NCBI GenBank assembly: GCA_965224085.1
Contig: CBDCYI010000004.1
Location: 1,824,001 to 1,888,000, forward strand
Origin: Candidatus Marinacidobacterales bacterium
GTDB taxonomy: Bacteria > Acidobacteriota > Vicinamibacteria > Marinacidobacterales > SMYC01
Direction: 5' to 3'
DNA: 64,000 bases
In this document: piece after piece, positions 1 through 10,072 of the stretch
Position numbering within the stretch: the first letter of the stretch is position 1
Layout of the letters: each line of letters starts with the position of its first letter
Made by a program: the position numbers and the translations under genes
Notes under the pieces: model-generated
The model's database searches: none
Told to the model about the DNA's origin: nothing
What the model saw: the letters and a program-made list of their open reading frames with translations, nothing else

Positions 1-760
1 CGAAGGCCCCGTTGCTCGCGTGACAAGGAAGGTAATCTCCCGAACTCGAGCAAACGGGTCTTGTTCTCGTGGAGCGCAAGCCCGAATCGGGCTAGTCGCT
101 CCTTGAGCGCTCTCATCATCCTGCTGGCATCGGTCCGATGCTGGAAGCCCATGACGAAGTCGTCAGCGTATCGCACGATGGAAATACGGCCTTGTGCTTC
201 GAGCCGGCGCCATCGATGAACCCACAGATCTAGAACGTAGTGCAGAAAGACGTTAGCCAAGAGCGGGCTCACACCTGCCCCTTGCGGTGTCCCTTCAGTT
301 GTCTCGCTCCACTCTCCTTTCTCCAGTACGCCGGCTCGCAACCACTGACGGATGAGTCGAAGGATGCGTTTGTCGGCGACCCGGTGCGAAAGCATCCGCA
401 TCAACCACTCGTGGTCCACCGAGTCGAAGAACTTGCGGATGTCCGCGTCGAGAACCCAGTTCACGCGTTGCGTCATGAGCGCGGTGTGGAGCGCGTGCAA
501 CGCTTGGTGCGGGCTCCGTCCGGGCCGAAACCCGTACGAGAACCCGATGAAATCGACTTCGTAGACGGCGCTCAAAACCTCGGCTACCGCTCCTTGGACA
601 ATCTTGTCTTCCAGTGCGGGGATGCCAAGAGGGCGCTTTCCGCCATCCGACTTAGGAATGTACACGCGCCGCACCGGTAGTGGTCGGTAGCGACCGGCGT
701 GTACCCGCGAGCAAAGATCCTTGATGTTGCTCACGAAGTTCTTCTCGTAATCGGCGAAGT
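1..760 (-). CDS. ltrA: Group II intron reverse transcriptase/maturase (partial: N-terminus cut at ~760, runs off window start)
   Basis: Manual minus-strand translation: VRRVYIPKSDGGKRPLGIPALEDKIVQ, FSYGFRPGRS, VLDADIRKFFD, GTPQGAGVSPLLANVFLH, RYADDFV (YADD at 159-170), KTRLLEFGR. The + strand ORF 240..680 is its antisense shadow. Confidence 0.95.
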
Positions 761-1040
761 TGGATCTCCGTCGCGATCGAAGTCTGGTCTCGACTCTGGC
801 CCTCCACGAGCTTCGCGGAGTCGGACGTCGAAGCTACCGGAACACCCTTGCCCTCTTGCGCGATGTCGCGAACCGGATGGATTTCGAGCGTCTTCCCCTT
901 ATCGTCACTGACGGATTCGATTTCTACGAGAAGGTGGTGCGTCGCATCTTCGGACCGGCGGCTCTCTACGGCCAAGTGCTCAAGACACGAAGAAATGATC
1001 GCATCGTGAAGGTCGAACGACGAGCATTGATGGGCGCCGG
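761..1040 (+). pseudogene. IS1-family transposase internal fragment
   Basis: WISVAIEVWSRLWPST..GRRSYRNTLALLRDVANRMDFERLPLIVTDGFDFYEKVVRRIFGP; clearly homologous to the transposase at 50440-51437. Confidence 0.85.
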
Positions 1041-1044
1041 GACG

Positions 1045-1841
1045 CGCTCTACGAAGCGGGGCGAAGGAAGGACTTCTTTGGGGTGGATATCCCGCGCTGC
1101 TCTCGATTCCCGAAGACGAGGAGCGACGTGCATGGCTTCGTGATTATCGTCGAACCTACTTGGAACGTGACCTTGCTGATCTGGGGCAAGTCGCCGATCT
1201 CGATCGATTCGCCATGGCGCAGGATCTCGTGGCACTTCGTACGGGGCAGCTTCTGTCGTACTCCGATGTCGCTCGAGATTTAGGCGTCGCTCCCAACACG
1301 CTAAAACGATATATTCGTTTTCTCGAAATCTCGTACCAGGTCTATCTACTGCGTTCCGTGGCATCGACACGCCGGGAAGCGCTTGGTCAAAAGTCCGAAA
1401 ATCTATTGGACCGATACCGGGCTAGTGCGTGTCTTGGGCGGTTCGTCAGGCATCGCCCAAGGAGCTTTGTTCGAGACGTTCCTGCTCGGTGAGCTTTTGA
1501 AGTGGCGGTCGTTTCAGCCCGATCCGCCGGAGCTCTATTTCTTTCGCACGGGCGCAGGGGCGGAAGTAGATTTCCTCCTTGTCGGCCGAAAAACTGTCCT
1601 CGCCATTGAGGCGAAGTCATCGAATCGGATCACGCCACATGACGCGCGGCACGTGTCTGATCTGCTCGATGATTCCGATGCGCAGCTTCCACACGCGTCG
1701 GTCCGCGTTGGGTTGGTGGTCTACCCCGGGCGTGAGATCCATGACCTGCGGCCGAACGTTTGGGCCGTTCCGGATTGGATGCTATTTGCCTCATGGGAGC
1801 AGGCTTTCTGGGGCGAGACACGGCGAGGGCGCAAGAAATAG
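1045..1841 (+). pseudogene. AAA+ ATPase / DUF4143-domain protein, C-terminal part, frameshifted near 1375
   Basis: LLWGGYP..YLERDL..GQLLSYSDVARDLGV (ORF 1160) continues in another frame as KRLVKSPKIYWTDTGL..LFET..YFFRTGAGAEVDF..AIEAK (ORF 1383). Confidence 0.85.
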
Positions 1842-1866
1842 TGGCCTCCTTCACCGTGAAGACGAC

Positions 1867-1985
1867 TCAAGGTTGTCCGGAATCCGTTGCTCTGCCTGAA
1901 GCCGTTTCGTCTTCCAGGGCGGAAGCATGGATGGCGTTGAACAACAGCTTGTACGTGTTGAGGGATTGAGCCCTGAACTGGGGCT
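1867..1985 (-). pseudogene. C-terminal tail of a probable M14-type zinc peptidase
   Basis: Minus strand reads EPQFRAQSLNTYKLLFNAIHAS..stop, resembling the conserved C-terminus of bacterial M14 peptidases; truncated by the 150-bp repeat. Confidence 0.5.
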
Positions 1986-2133
1986 CGCCGAGACAGTGGA
2001 TCGCCCATCACCGCGTGCGATGCCGCGGTAAGCTTCGCGGAGCACGATCTTCATGAACGCCGCATGTCTCCGTCTCTTGATGTCAGCGATATTACATCCA
2101 CCTATCGAGTGAAGGCTCACCGCTTCATCCAAG
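1983..2133. repeat. ~150-bp dispersed direct repeat, copy 1
   Basis: gctcgccgagacagtggatcgc...gaaggctcaccgctt.atccaa is nearly identical to 7351-7500. Confidence 0.9.
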
Positions 2134-2458
2134 GATCACTTGCACAACTTTGGATCACTTCCTTGGCTACCCCCATGCCTTCGAGGGCATGGGTGTGTGC
2201 AACCGCACAATAGCGGCAGTCATTTTGCATGGCAATCGTCATGGAGATCATTTGCTTCACGGTAGCAGGAAGCTGTCCCTGCAACAGCAGTCCTTTGAAC
2301 AGCCCCCAGGTAGCTTCCAGAATATCCGGCCGCCCGGATTGAGCGGTAAACAGATTGAGGGGGATGTCTTCGCCCAAACCGTGCTCGACGATTTCCTTAT
2401 AGAGAGATCCCAGTTTGGGGTTATCGGAGGGATCTCTGATTTGGTTGAAACGTGACAT
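2117..2458 (-). pseudogene. AhpD/carboxymuconolactone-decarboxylase-family (peroxidase-related) protein, C-terminally truncated
   Basis: KQMISMTIAMQNDCRYCAVAH motif; RBS aaggggg; the last codons come from the repeat. Confidence 0.8.
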
Positions 2459-2671
2459 CGTTTCCCCCTTTCAATGAGGGTGTCCTTGGTTCATGAGGAG
2501 CAGCGTACGGACCGACAGGAGTTTTCGTACGGAAAGGACAGTAGCACAAACGAGGTTCACGAAGCGAAAGGGGACAGCGCTAGCGGCTGCGCGTCGTCGT
2601 GCGGTCACTCCTCGCGACTCGAATGCCGCATTCAGATACCACCCCGAATCCGGCTTTCGATCCCTCTATTC

Positions 2672-3409
2672 TCAGGAGGCGAAAACTTTCTTGGGCTCGA
2701 CGAGGGAGGCGGACTTGCTCTTGAGCAATTCTGTTAGTCCCAGGAAACGCTCGGCAGCGGCTCTCGAAATGAGGTCGCGGCAGAATACAACGATGACGAT
2801 CATCTCGCCGCCCGAGTATGCGCCTCCCATGCCGAAAACGCTTTTGACCTTGTAGTCGGAAACAAAATCCTGTGCCGCGATGATCTTTCTTCCCTGGTCA
2901 TCGGTTGCTTCCGCGGCGTTGTCCACGAAAAACAAGCCCGCCGTACCGCCGATGGTCTCTACGATGATTTGTGCGTCGTGGCTATCGACCCAGTCCAAGG
3001 GCACCCCAAGCTCTTTGAGCAGGCGCGAGATCATCGGGACCGCGCCGACGAAAGACGAGGACATCAAGGGTATTCCGACGTGGCCTTTGGATTTACGCCG
3101 GTCCGTCCAGTCCTTTTCCTGGCCATGGGTGCCAACAAGCGACAGGACAGGCGTGCTCGCCTTCAGATCGGATCCCGAACCTGCCGATTCCGCCAGTTTT
3201 CGAACGAATTCCTGGTTCGTCGCGGGCAGCTCGCCGAAAGGAACCGTCACAAAGATCCGGGCGATAACAATCGACTCGTCGAGATGCGTATGCAGCGCAG
3301 TGGCCAACTCCTGCGCAGCTTCTTCCAGGTAGCTCGCTTGCTGCGCCCTTGACTCGACGCGCGACCATATTTCGTTAACGGTCGACGAAGTTGCTTGGTC
3401 GATTCTCAT
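2672..3409 (-). CDS. Conserved hypothetical protein, possible GAF-like sensor domain
   Basis: 245 aa, RBS aaggagg; WTDRRKSKGHVGIPL..PMISRLLKELG..AQDFVSDYKVKSVFGMGG. Confidence 0.7.
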   Translation of the reverse strand: MRIDQATSSTVNEIWSRVESRAQQASYLEEAAQELATALHTHLDESIVIARIFVTVPFGELPATNQEFVRKLAESAGSGSDLKASTPVLSLVGTHGQEKDWTDRRKSKGHVGIPLMSSSFVGAVPMISRLLKELGVPLDWVDSHDAQIIVETIGGTAGLFFVDNAAEATDDQGRKIIAAQDFVSDYKVKSVFGMGGAYSGGEMIVIVVFCRDLISRAAAERFLGLTELLKSKSASLVEPKKVFAS

Positions 3410-3476
3410 GCTCGTTCCTCCTTGCATTCGGACAGTGACGAGGGCTTCACCCTACGACGGTCCGTGAACGGAAACA

Positions 3477-4313
3477 TCAGGTAACTCCTGCCTGACGGGC
3501 GAGATCGCCCGCGGCTTCGTTCAAGGAGCCCTGGCGATAACCCTGTAGGTCGACGGTGACATAAACGAAGCCTTCTTCCCGAAAGCGTCGGGTGATCTCG
3601 TTACGCATCTCGGGAGCCGTCAACCGCGATAGCTCCTCGGGAGCGACCTCGACCCGGGCGAGCGTGTCGTGGTAGCGGACGCGGTAGACGCGGAAACCGA
3701 GCTCTCGAAGCACGCGCTCGCAGCGCGCGATCTGAGTAAGACGTTCCGTGGTGATTTGGGTGCCGTACGGAAACCGACTCGACAGACACGCCAAGGCAGG
3801 TTTGTCCCAAACGGGAAGATGAATCGAGCGGGCCGCTTCCCGGATGTCCGCCTTGGTGAACCCCAGCTCGTCGAGAGGGGAGCGCACGCCGAGCTCGCGT
3901 GCGGCTTGGCGGCCGGGACGCCGATCGCCTCGGTCGTCGACATTGAAGCCGTCGAGCACGTGGGGAATTCCTAGACGAGTGGCGCGCTCAACGGCCTTAC
4001 CGTACACCTCTGTCTTGCAGAAGTAGCAGCGGTTGACCGGGTTGGCGGCGTAGCGCGGATCGTCGAGCTCATAAGTTTCGACGAGGAGGTGGCGCGCGCC
4101 CAGTTGGCTGGCCAACCGCTTCGCGTCTGCACCCTCCTCCTGAGCGAGGCTGGGGGAGACAGCCGTCAGCGCCACCGCGTTCCGGCCCAAGACACCGACC
4201 GACTCGGCGAGCAGGAAGCTCGAGTCCACGCCTCCCGAGAAACAGACCACCACCTGCTCCATCTCCCGAAGCAGGTCTCGAAGCTGCCCGACCTTGGTCT
4301 CTAACGAATGCAC
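3477..4313 (-). CDS. larE: ATP-dependent sacrificial sulfur transferase LarE (PP-loop)
   Basis: CFSGGVDSS PP-loop, NRCYFCK, RPGRQAA, ACLSSRFPYG, DLQGYRQGSLN. Confidence 0.92.
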   Translation of the reverse strand: MHSLETKVGQLRDLLREMEQVVVCFSGGVDSSFLLAESVGVLGRNAVALTAVSPSLAQEEGADAKRLASQLGARHLLVETYELDDPRYAANPVNRCYFCKTEVYGKAVERATRLGIPHVLDGFNVDDRGDRRPGRQAARELGVRSPLDELGFTKADIREAARSIHLPVWDKPALACLSSRFPYGTQITTERLTQIARCERVLRELGFRVYRVRYHDTLARVEVAPEELSRLTAPEMRNEITRRFREEGFVYVTVDLQGYRQGSLNEAAGDLARQAGVT

Positions 4314-4441
4314 CGCGCTGAAGTGTAGTCAAGAGATCCCGCCCAGTCAACGGCGCGGATCACCGGGCCAGATTGACGAGATGGGATGGACGGGCGGCCT
4401 CGATGGCGTTTCGGACTATAAAGAATAAATCGAAGCTGCTG

Positions 4442-5839
4442 TTATAGCCCCGCTCGGTACGCGTTCCAGAGTGCGATGAGCTCGGTCTTGACCTCGGGGT
4501 GACGAGCGGACAGCTCCTCCGTCTCTCCAGGATCTTGGACGAGCTGATACAACCGCCAGTCCGGCGGCGCGGCGTCGGGAGAAGCCGGCCGACCGCGCCT
4601 CTCTTTGATGATCTTCCACTCCCATCGAACGAGCGCGGCCTGTCGGTCCGTCGTCATCCACGGGATCGCGTCGAGTTTCCCATGAACGGGCTGCTGGCTG
4701 CCGCGCACACGCTGCCAGAACGATCGGCCGCGGATCGGTAGAACCTTACGGTCGTGAAACTCGGTTCCGGGAAGTCGTGCTCCGGTGATATCGAGAAGCG
4801 TCGGCAAGACGTCCATCATCGTCAAGTAGCTCCGATCGACGCCGCCACGATCGGCCACCGAGCTGTGCGTTAAGAACGCCGCCGCCAAGGTGCCGCCTTC
4901 GTGCAGAGATCCTTTCACGTCGCGATAAGGTGCGGTTGCCGCTTCCGCCCAGCCCCGGCCAATGGCGACGAACGAGCCTTCACGTCCCATGTTCGGCAAG
5001 CTCGAGTCGTAGTCCGTCCTCGGGAGCGTCGTCGGCCGAAAGCTCGCGTCGCTTCCGGAAGAGCCGTTGTCGGAGAAGAAGAGAATCACCGTGTTCTCGT
5101 ATTGCCCGCTTTCTTTCAAGTAGTCGACCACGCGGCCGACGTGGAAGTCCATGTTCTCCACCATGCCGGCGTAGAGCTCCATCGCACGGGAGTAGATTCT
5201 CTTGGACTCCTCGTCCAGCGCGTCCCACGCCTCGGCTTGTCCCCGGAAGCTTTCGAGGTCGAGCGCCTCGGGCAACACGTCGAGCTCCCGAGCGCGCGCG
5301 TGACGCGCTTTTCGAAACAGGTCGTAGCCTTCGTCGTAGCGCCCGGCATGCCGGTCGATCCAGTCTTCCGGTAATTGAAGCGGCCAGTGGGGTGCGGTGA
5401 GCGCCAGGTAGCCGAACCAGGGAGTGCCATCGCCTTCGTTAGCTCGGATGTAGTCGAGAAGCTTGTCGGTGTAGAGCTTAGAGGAGAACCACCCGTTTGG
5501 AAGTCGGTCGACGGGCGTGCCGTTCTCGCGGTAGGCGACGTCCTCATCGGGAAAGATGCTCGCGCCGAGATGGTTGTCGCCGGCGCGCACGAGCGCGAAA
5601 GAAGACTCGAAGCCGCGCGCTCGAGGGCTTTGCGCGTTCTCGTGCCCGAGGTGCCATTTGCCCGCCATGTAAGTGTGATAGCCCGCGTCGCGAAGGAGTT
5701 GCGGGAGCGGCGCGACGTGGTCGGCGAGCGCGCCGCCGCGTCCTCGGACACCGGCTTCCCAGCTCGTCACGCCCGACATCAACATCGCGCGAGACGGGCC
5801 GCAGCTCGGCGCGGCGTGGAAGTTCGTCAAGCGCACACC
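4442..5839 (-). pseudogene. Arylsulfatase, N-terminus removed at the adjacent insertion element
   Basis: SCGPSRAMLMSG (CxPxR), GKWHLG, APHWP, SDNG motifs; reading frame begins at the IS end. Confidence 0.9.
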
Positions 5840-7095
5840 TGTCCCTTCTATTTATTCATCCGCGGGCGTCGTTATTGATTTTCTCGCACGTCGACGTCAG
5901 TATCCCGGCATGATTTGGTCGCTTCTCTGCTCGCTCATCGCGGCTTTCAAAACGCGTCGTTCACTGGGTCTTGAAAATCTCGCTCTGCGCCAGCAGCTCG
6001 TCGTCCTCCTACGGTCGGTGAAACAACCGCGGTTGTCGAATGTGGACCGTGGTTTCTGGGTGCTGTTGCGAAGATTCTGGACCGACTGGACTAGGGTTCT
6101 CGTCATCGTGAAGCCCGAGACCGTTGTCCGGTGGCACCGCTCCGGGTTTAAACGCTACTGGACATGGAAGAGCCGGAGGCGTCGGCCGGGTCGACCCGGC
6201 GTCGCTCCCGAAGTACGCGAGCTGATCCGGGATATGAATCGAGCCAATCCGCTCTGGGGAGCGCCTCGAGTGCACGGCGAGCTCACGAAGCTTGGCATAT
6301 CCATTTCCCAGGCCGCGGTGTCCAAGTACATGATTCGGCATCGAAAACCACCGTCTCAGACGTGGCGGAGCTTTCTCGACAACCATGTCAAGGACTTGGT
6401 ATCGGTCGATTTCTTCACGCTTTTAACCGCCACGTTTCGAGTTCTCTTCGTCTTCATCGTTCTCCGTCACGATCGGCGACGGATCGTTCACTTCAATGTC
6501 ACAGACCACCATTCTGCAGAGTGGACCGCGCAGCAGATCGTCGATGCCTTTCCCTGGGAGAGTGCTCCTCGCTTCATGCTGCGAGACCGAGATGGAGTCT
6601 ATGGTCCGTACTTCAGCCAGCGAGTCGCAGGAATCGGCGTCGACGAGGTTCGGACGGCGCCGCGCTCGCCATGGCAAAATCCATTCGTCGAAAGAGTCAT
6701 TGGTACCATTCGCCGCGACTGTCTCGACCACGTGATCGTTCTAAACGAGCGGCACCTGAGGCGAATCCTACGCGAATATGTCGACTACTATCTTTCCTGC
6801 CGGACTCATTTGTCGCTCCAGAAGGATGCACCCGAGACACGACCTGTGCAGCGGCCCTCGATGGGGCGAGTGATAGTCGTTCCCAAGGTCGGCGGCCTCC
6901 ATCATTATTACAGTCGCTGCGCAGCCTGAGCTCGCTGGTTTTATGACGCGATGCCTTGCGCGAGTACGGCGCGCCGTCTTGCGCTGGCTCCTATCTCGCG
7001 ATACCGCGACGCCGACCCAAACATTCAACGCACGGAACACGCTGTTTGGGTCAAAGGCGGCTCGAGGAGCGCGGATCGAGTTTATGGAAGGCACA
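5840..7095 (+). mobile_element. rve-integrase insertion element (IS481/IS3-like) with imperfect TIRs
   Basis: Left end TGTcccttctatttattcatcc vs reverse complement of right end TGTgccttccataaactcgatcc; TGT...ACA termini; no target duplication. Confidence 0.75.
5910..6929 (+). CDS. Integrase core domain (DDE) transposase
   Basis: NPLWGAPRVHGEL HTH, SVDFFT, LRDRDGVY, PWQNPFVERVIGTIRRDCLD, GGLHHYY. Confidence 0.93.
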   Translation: MIWSLLCSLIAAFKTRRSLGLENLALRQQLVVLLRSVKQPRLSNVDRGFWVLLRRFWTDWTRVLVIVKPETVVRWHRSGFKRYWTWKSRRRRPGRPGVAPEVRELIRDMNRANPLWGAPRVHGELTKLGISISQAAVSKYMIRHRKPPSQTWRSFLDNHVKDLVSVDFFTLLTATFRVLFVFIVLRHDRRRIVHFNVTDHHSAEWTAQQIVDAFPWESAPRFMLRDRDGVYGPYFSQRVAGIGVDEVRTAPRSPWQNPFVERVIGTIRRDCLDHVIVLNERHLRRILREYVDYYLSCRTHLSLQKDAPETRPVQRPSMGRVIVVPKVGGLHHYYSRCAA

Positions 7096-7350
7096 GGCGT
7101 CAACGTGGTGGGTTGACGCCTCAGCGTCAACCCGGACACTGGCTCGGCGCCAGGCGCAAGACGCTCACTCCCGCTCGCCCCTCAAATCATTGCCATCACG
7201 AGCTCACAAGCGCCGCTGCAACGCGCCGGCGGTTATTCGAAAGCCGATAGGATTCGGTTCATGATCTGCAGGTTCGAGAGCTCGTTCTTGTCGCGCTGCA
7301 CTAAGGACACCTACATCGAGTCGGTCGAGGAATAAACGGCATCCCGTTGA

Positions 7351-7500
7351 GCTCGCCGAGACAGTGGATCGCCATCACCGCGTGCGATGCCGCGGTAAGC
7401 TTCGCGGAGCACGATCTTCATGAACGCCGCAACTCTCCGTCACTTGATGTCAGCGATATTACATCCGCCTATCGAGTGAAGGCTCACCGCTTTATCCAAA
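7351..7500. repeat. ~150-bp dispersed direct repeat, copy 2
   Basis: Near-identical to 1983-2133. Confidence 0.9.
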
Positions 7501-7609
7501 GCGGCGCGTTCCCGCGAACTCATTTTCGCCATGCGTCCTCAACACGTTAAAGGAACCGTTCACCGCTACGCAACGGCAAGACCCGCGTCCCCACCGACGG
7601 TTGAACGTG

Positions 7610-9185
7610 TCAGCCGGCGAAACGGCGCGCCGCTTCGCCGCGCTGCAGTTTGCCGCTCGACGTTCTCGGTAGCGAGCCCGGGTCGAGCAGCTGGATCCGA
7701 CAAGGCACGATGCCCGTTTGTGCGGAGAGGATGTCTCTGATCGCCACCCGCGCCCATTCGCTGGAAGTGTCTCTCTATCGGCGTCTCACTTCGGCCAGAA
7801 TACAGAACTCATCACCCTGCTCCGTCACGATGCCGACGGCGGCGACGTTTCCGATGCCTTCCAAACTGGCGACGATCTCTTCGAAGTGCTCTGGCGCATA
7901 GTTCGTTCCGCGCACCACGATCCTGTCGCGGTTGCGGCCCGTCAGAAAAAGCTCGCCGTCCTCGACAAACCCCTCGTCTCCCGTATCGAGCCAGCCGTCT
8001 TTCAATACGCGCCGCGTTGCATCCGGGAGGCCAAGATAGCCGGACATGAGCGATGGGCCGGAAACGAGTATCTTGCCGACGCCACCGCTCGCCCCACCCG
8101 AAATGCGCACACGAAAATCTCCGAGCGGCGGGCCCGCGCTCACGAGCGTGCGCCCCTCAAACGCGCGAGTGCGATAACTACCGCGGATCGAAGAACAGGT
8201 CACCGCGAGTCCCGCTTCAGCGATCCCGTAAGCTGGCGTCAGGGCGTTGTCTCTCAAACCGTAGGGACGAAAACGTTCGAGGAATCGTTCGAGTGTTTTA
8301 GGCGTCACCGACTCAGCGCCGTCGAGCGCCAGAAGCCAGCTGGACAGGTCCACACCTTCGAGCTCGTCGTCACGAACGCGATCCACACAAAGTGCATAGC
8401 CGAAATGAGGTGCAGGGCTGACGCTCGCGCGGTGTTTCGAGATCGTTTGCAGCCATCGCGCGGGGCGAGCCACAAACAGCTCGGGCGTCATCAAAGTGAG
8501 CGGCCCCGGTCGTACGAGCGACGTGAGAAGCGCACCGACGAGTCCCATATCGTGGTAGAGGGGCAGCCATGACACCGCGCTGTGCCTGAAGCCGTTATCT
8601 TCCGGGTAGGCCTTCAAGAGCTCGTCCAGGATCGCGCGAACGTTCGCGAGAACCTGCTCGTGGGTCAGACCGATGGGCTTGGCTACGTCTGTCGTCCCCG
8701 ACGTAAACTGCACGAGGGCGAGGTCCATCGGCGCGACCGGCACCGGCGCGGACCGACGGCGCGGAAGGTCTTGAAGCAAAAAGACACCGAGCTCGCAAGC
8801 CTCTCTCGGAATGGCGCCTTGTGCTCGCTCCGAAGCGATCGCGAGACGCGCCCCGCAGCCATCGATCATAAAAACCGCGGCGCGGGCATAGTCGCTCCTC
8901 CCGCCCAAGCGGCGCGGTTGGGGCAACGCGGCTGGGACCGCACCGGCGAAAAGCGCCCCGAAAAAAGCTTCATAAAAGGCAAAGCTCGCGGGAACGGCAA
9001 TCGCGACCCGGTCCGAAGCTTCGACGCCGAGCATCCGGAGCGCCCCGGCAACTTCGAGCGCGCGCTCGACAATCTCGGCATAGGTGCAATGGGACTCCTC
9101 GCGTCGGCCGACGAACTGCACGCCGAGCCCGACTCGACTCGCGGCGAGCTCCAGGCACGCGGGAAGTGTGTCCGGGCCTCTCACA
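7610..9185 (-). CDS. Fatty acyl-AMP ligase / AMP-binding enzyme (frameshift ~7780, N-terminus cut)
   Basis: LVQFTSGTT, SWLPLYHDMGLVG, PAYGIAEA, WLDTGDEG; C-terminal LPRTSSGKLQR in another frame ending at 7610. Confidence 0.85.
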
Positions 9186-9194
9186 AGGCGGAGA

Positions 9195-9790
9195 GCCTGG
9201 CGAAAAACGACGTGGTCCCAGTTTCTTCGCACCCACTGGGATACCCTCGCCGCAGCTGACTTCTTCACGACCGAAATCTGGACTCCCGTAGGCCTCGTCA
9301 CGTTCTACGTCTTCTTCGTGATTCAGATCAAGTCTCGTCGGGTTCACATCGCGACGCCGACACCGAACCCGGATCGGGTCTTCATGAAACAGGTCGCGCT
9401 CGACGTCACCGCGTTCGACGACAGCTTTCTCCGAGGCTACTCGCACCTCATCATCGACCGAGATTCGAAATACACAACGGGGATTCGAGAAATTCTGGGG
9501 GCGAACGACGTCGACGCCGTCCCGATTCCTCCGAAATCCCCGAGCGGAGCGCTTCGTTCGTTCGATCAAAGAAGAGTGCCTGGACCGGATGATCTTGTTT
9601 GGTCGAAGCGCGCTGGAACGCGCCCTCCGCGAATATCGGCTCCATATCTGCGCGAGAGAAATCACCAGGGTGTCGGAAACAAAATGCTCGGTTCCGAGTC
9701 CACAAGGTCCGCCTGGGCCCAGCATCCAGTGCCGCGAGCGACTCGGTGGGCTGCTTCGTTACTATTATCGTGCGGCGGCCTCAGCAGAAC
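9195..9790 (+). pseudogene. Second rve-integrase transposase, partial and frameshifted
   Basis: TWSQFLRTHW..AADFFTTEIW..LIIDRDSKY..IKEECLDRMILFG..RERLGGLLRYYYR across frames. Confidence 0.85.
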
Positions 9791-10072
9791 GTTGGAATGA
9801 TGCCGTCGTCGAACATCTCAACGCGTGGAGCTTTGTCGGCCAGCTCTGCCGGGTGGCCCAACGCCGAATCCTTCGCACGGCCCGGCGCCGATCGCGTCCT
9901 CCCGTCATGCCCGAACGTCGAGCTCGACGCACCTTCTGCACCGTACGGGGTTTCGGCTCCTGGTCGAGATTTTTCTCGAATTCCTTTCTTCCGCTACGTA
10001 CATCGTCTCAGAAATTTCTCCAAACAAGTTTTTTCGTACAACCTCCAACGTAACGTTTCAGCGGCCGCGAGG

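Noticed and set aside
240-680. 146-aa plus-strand ORF
   Set aside because: Antisense shadow of the group II intron RT
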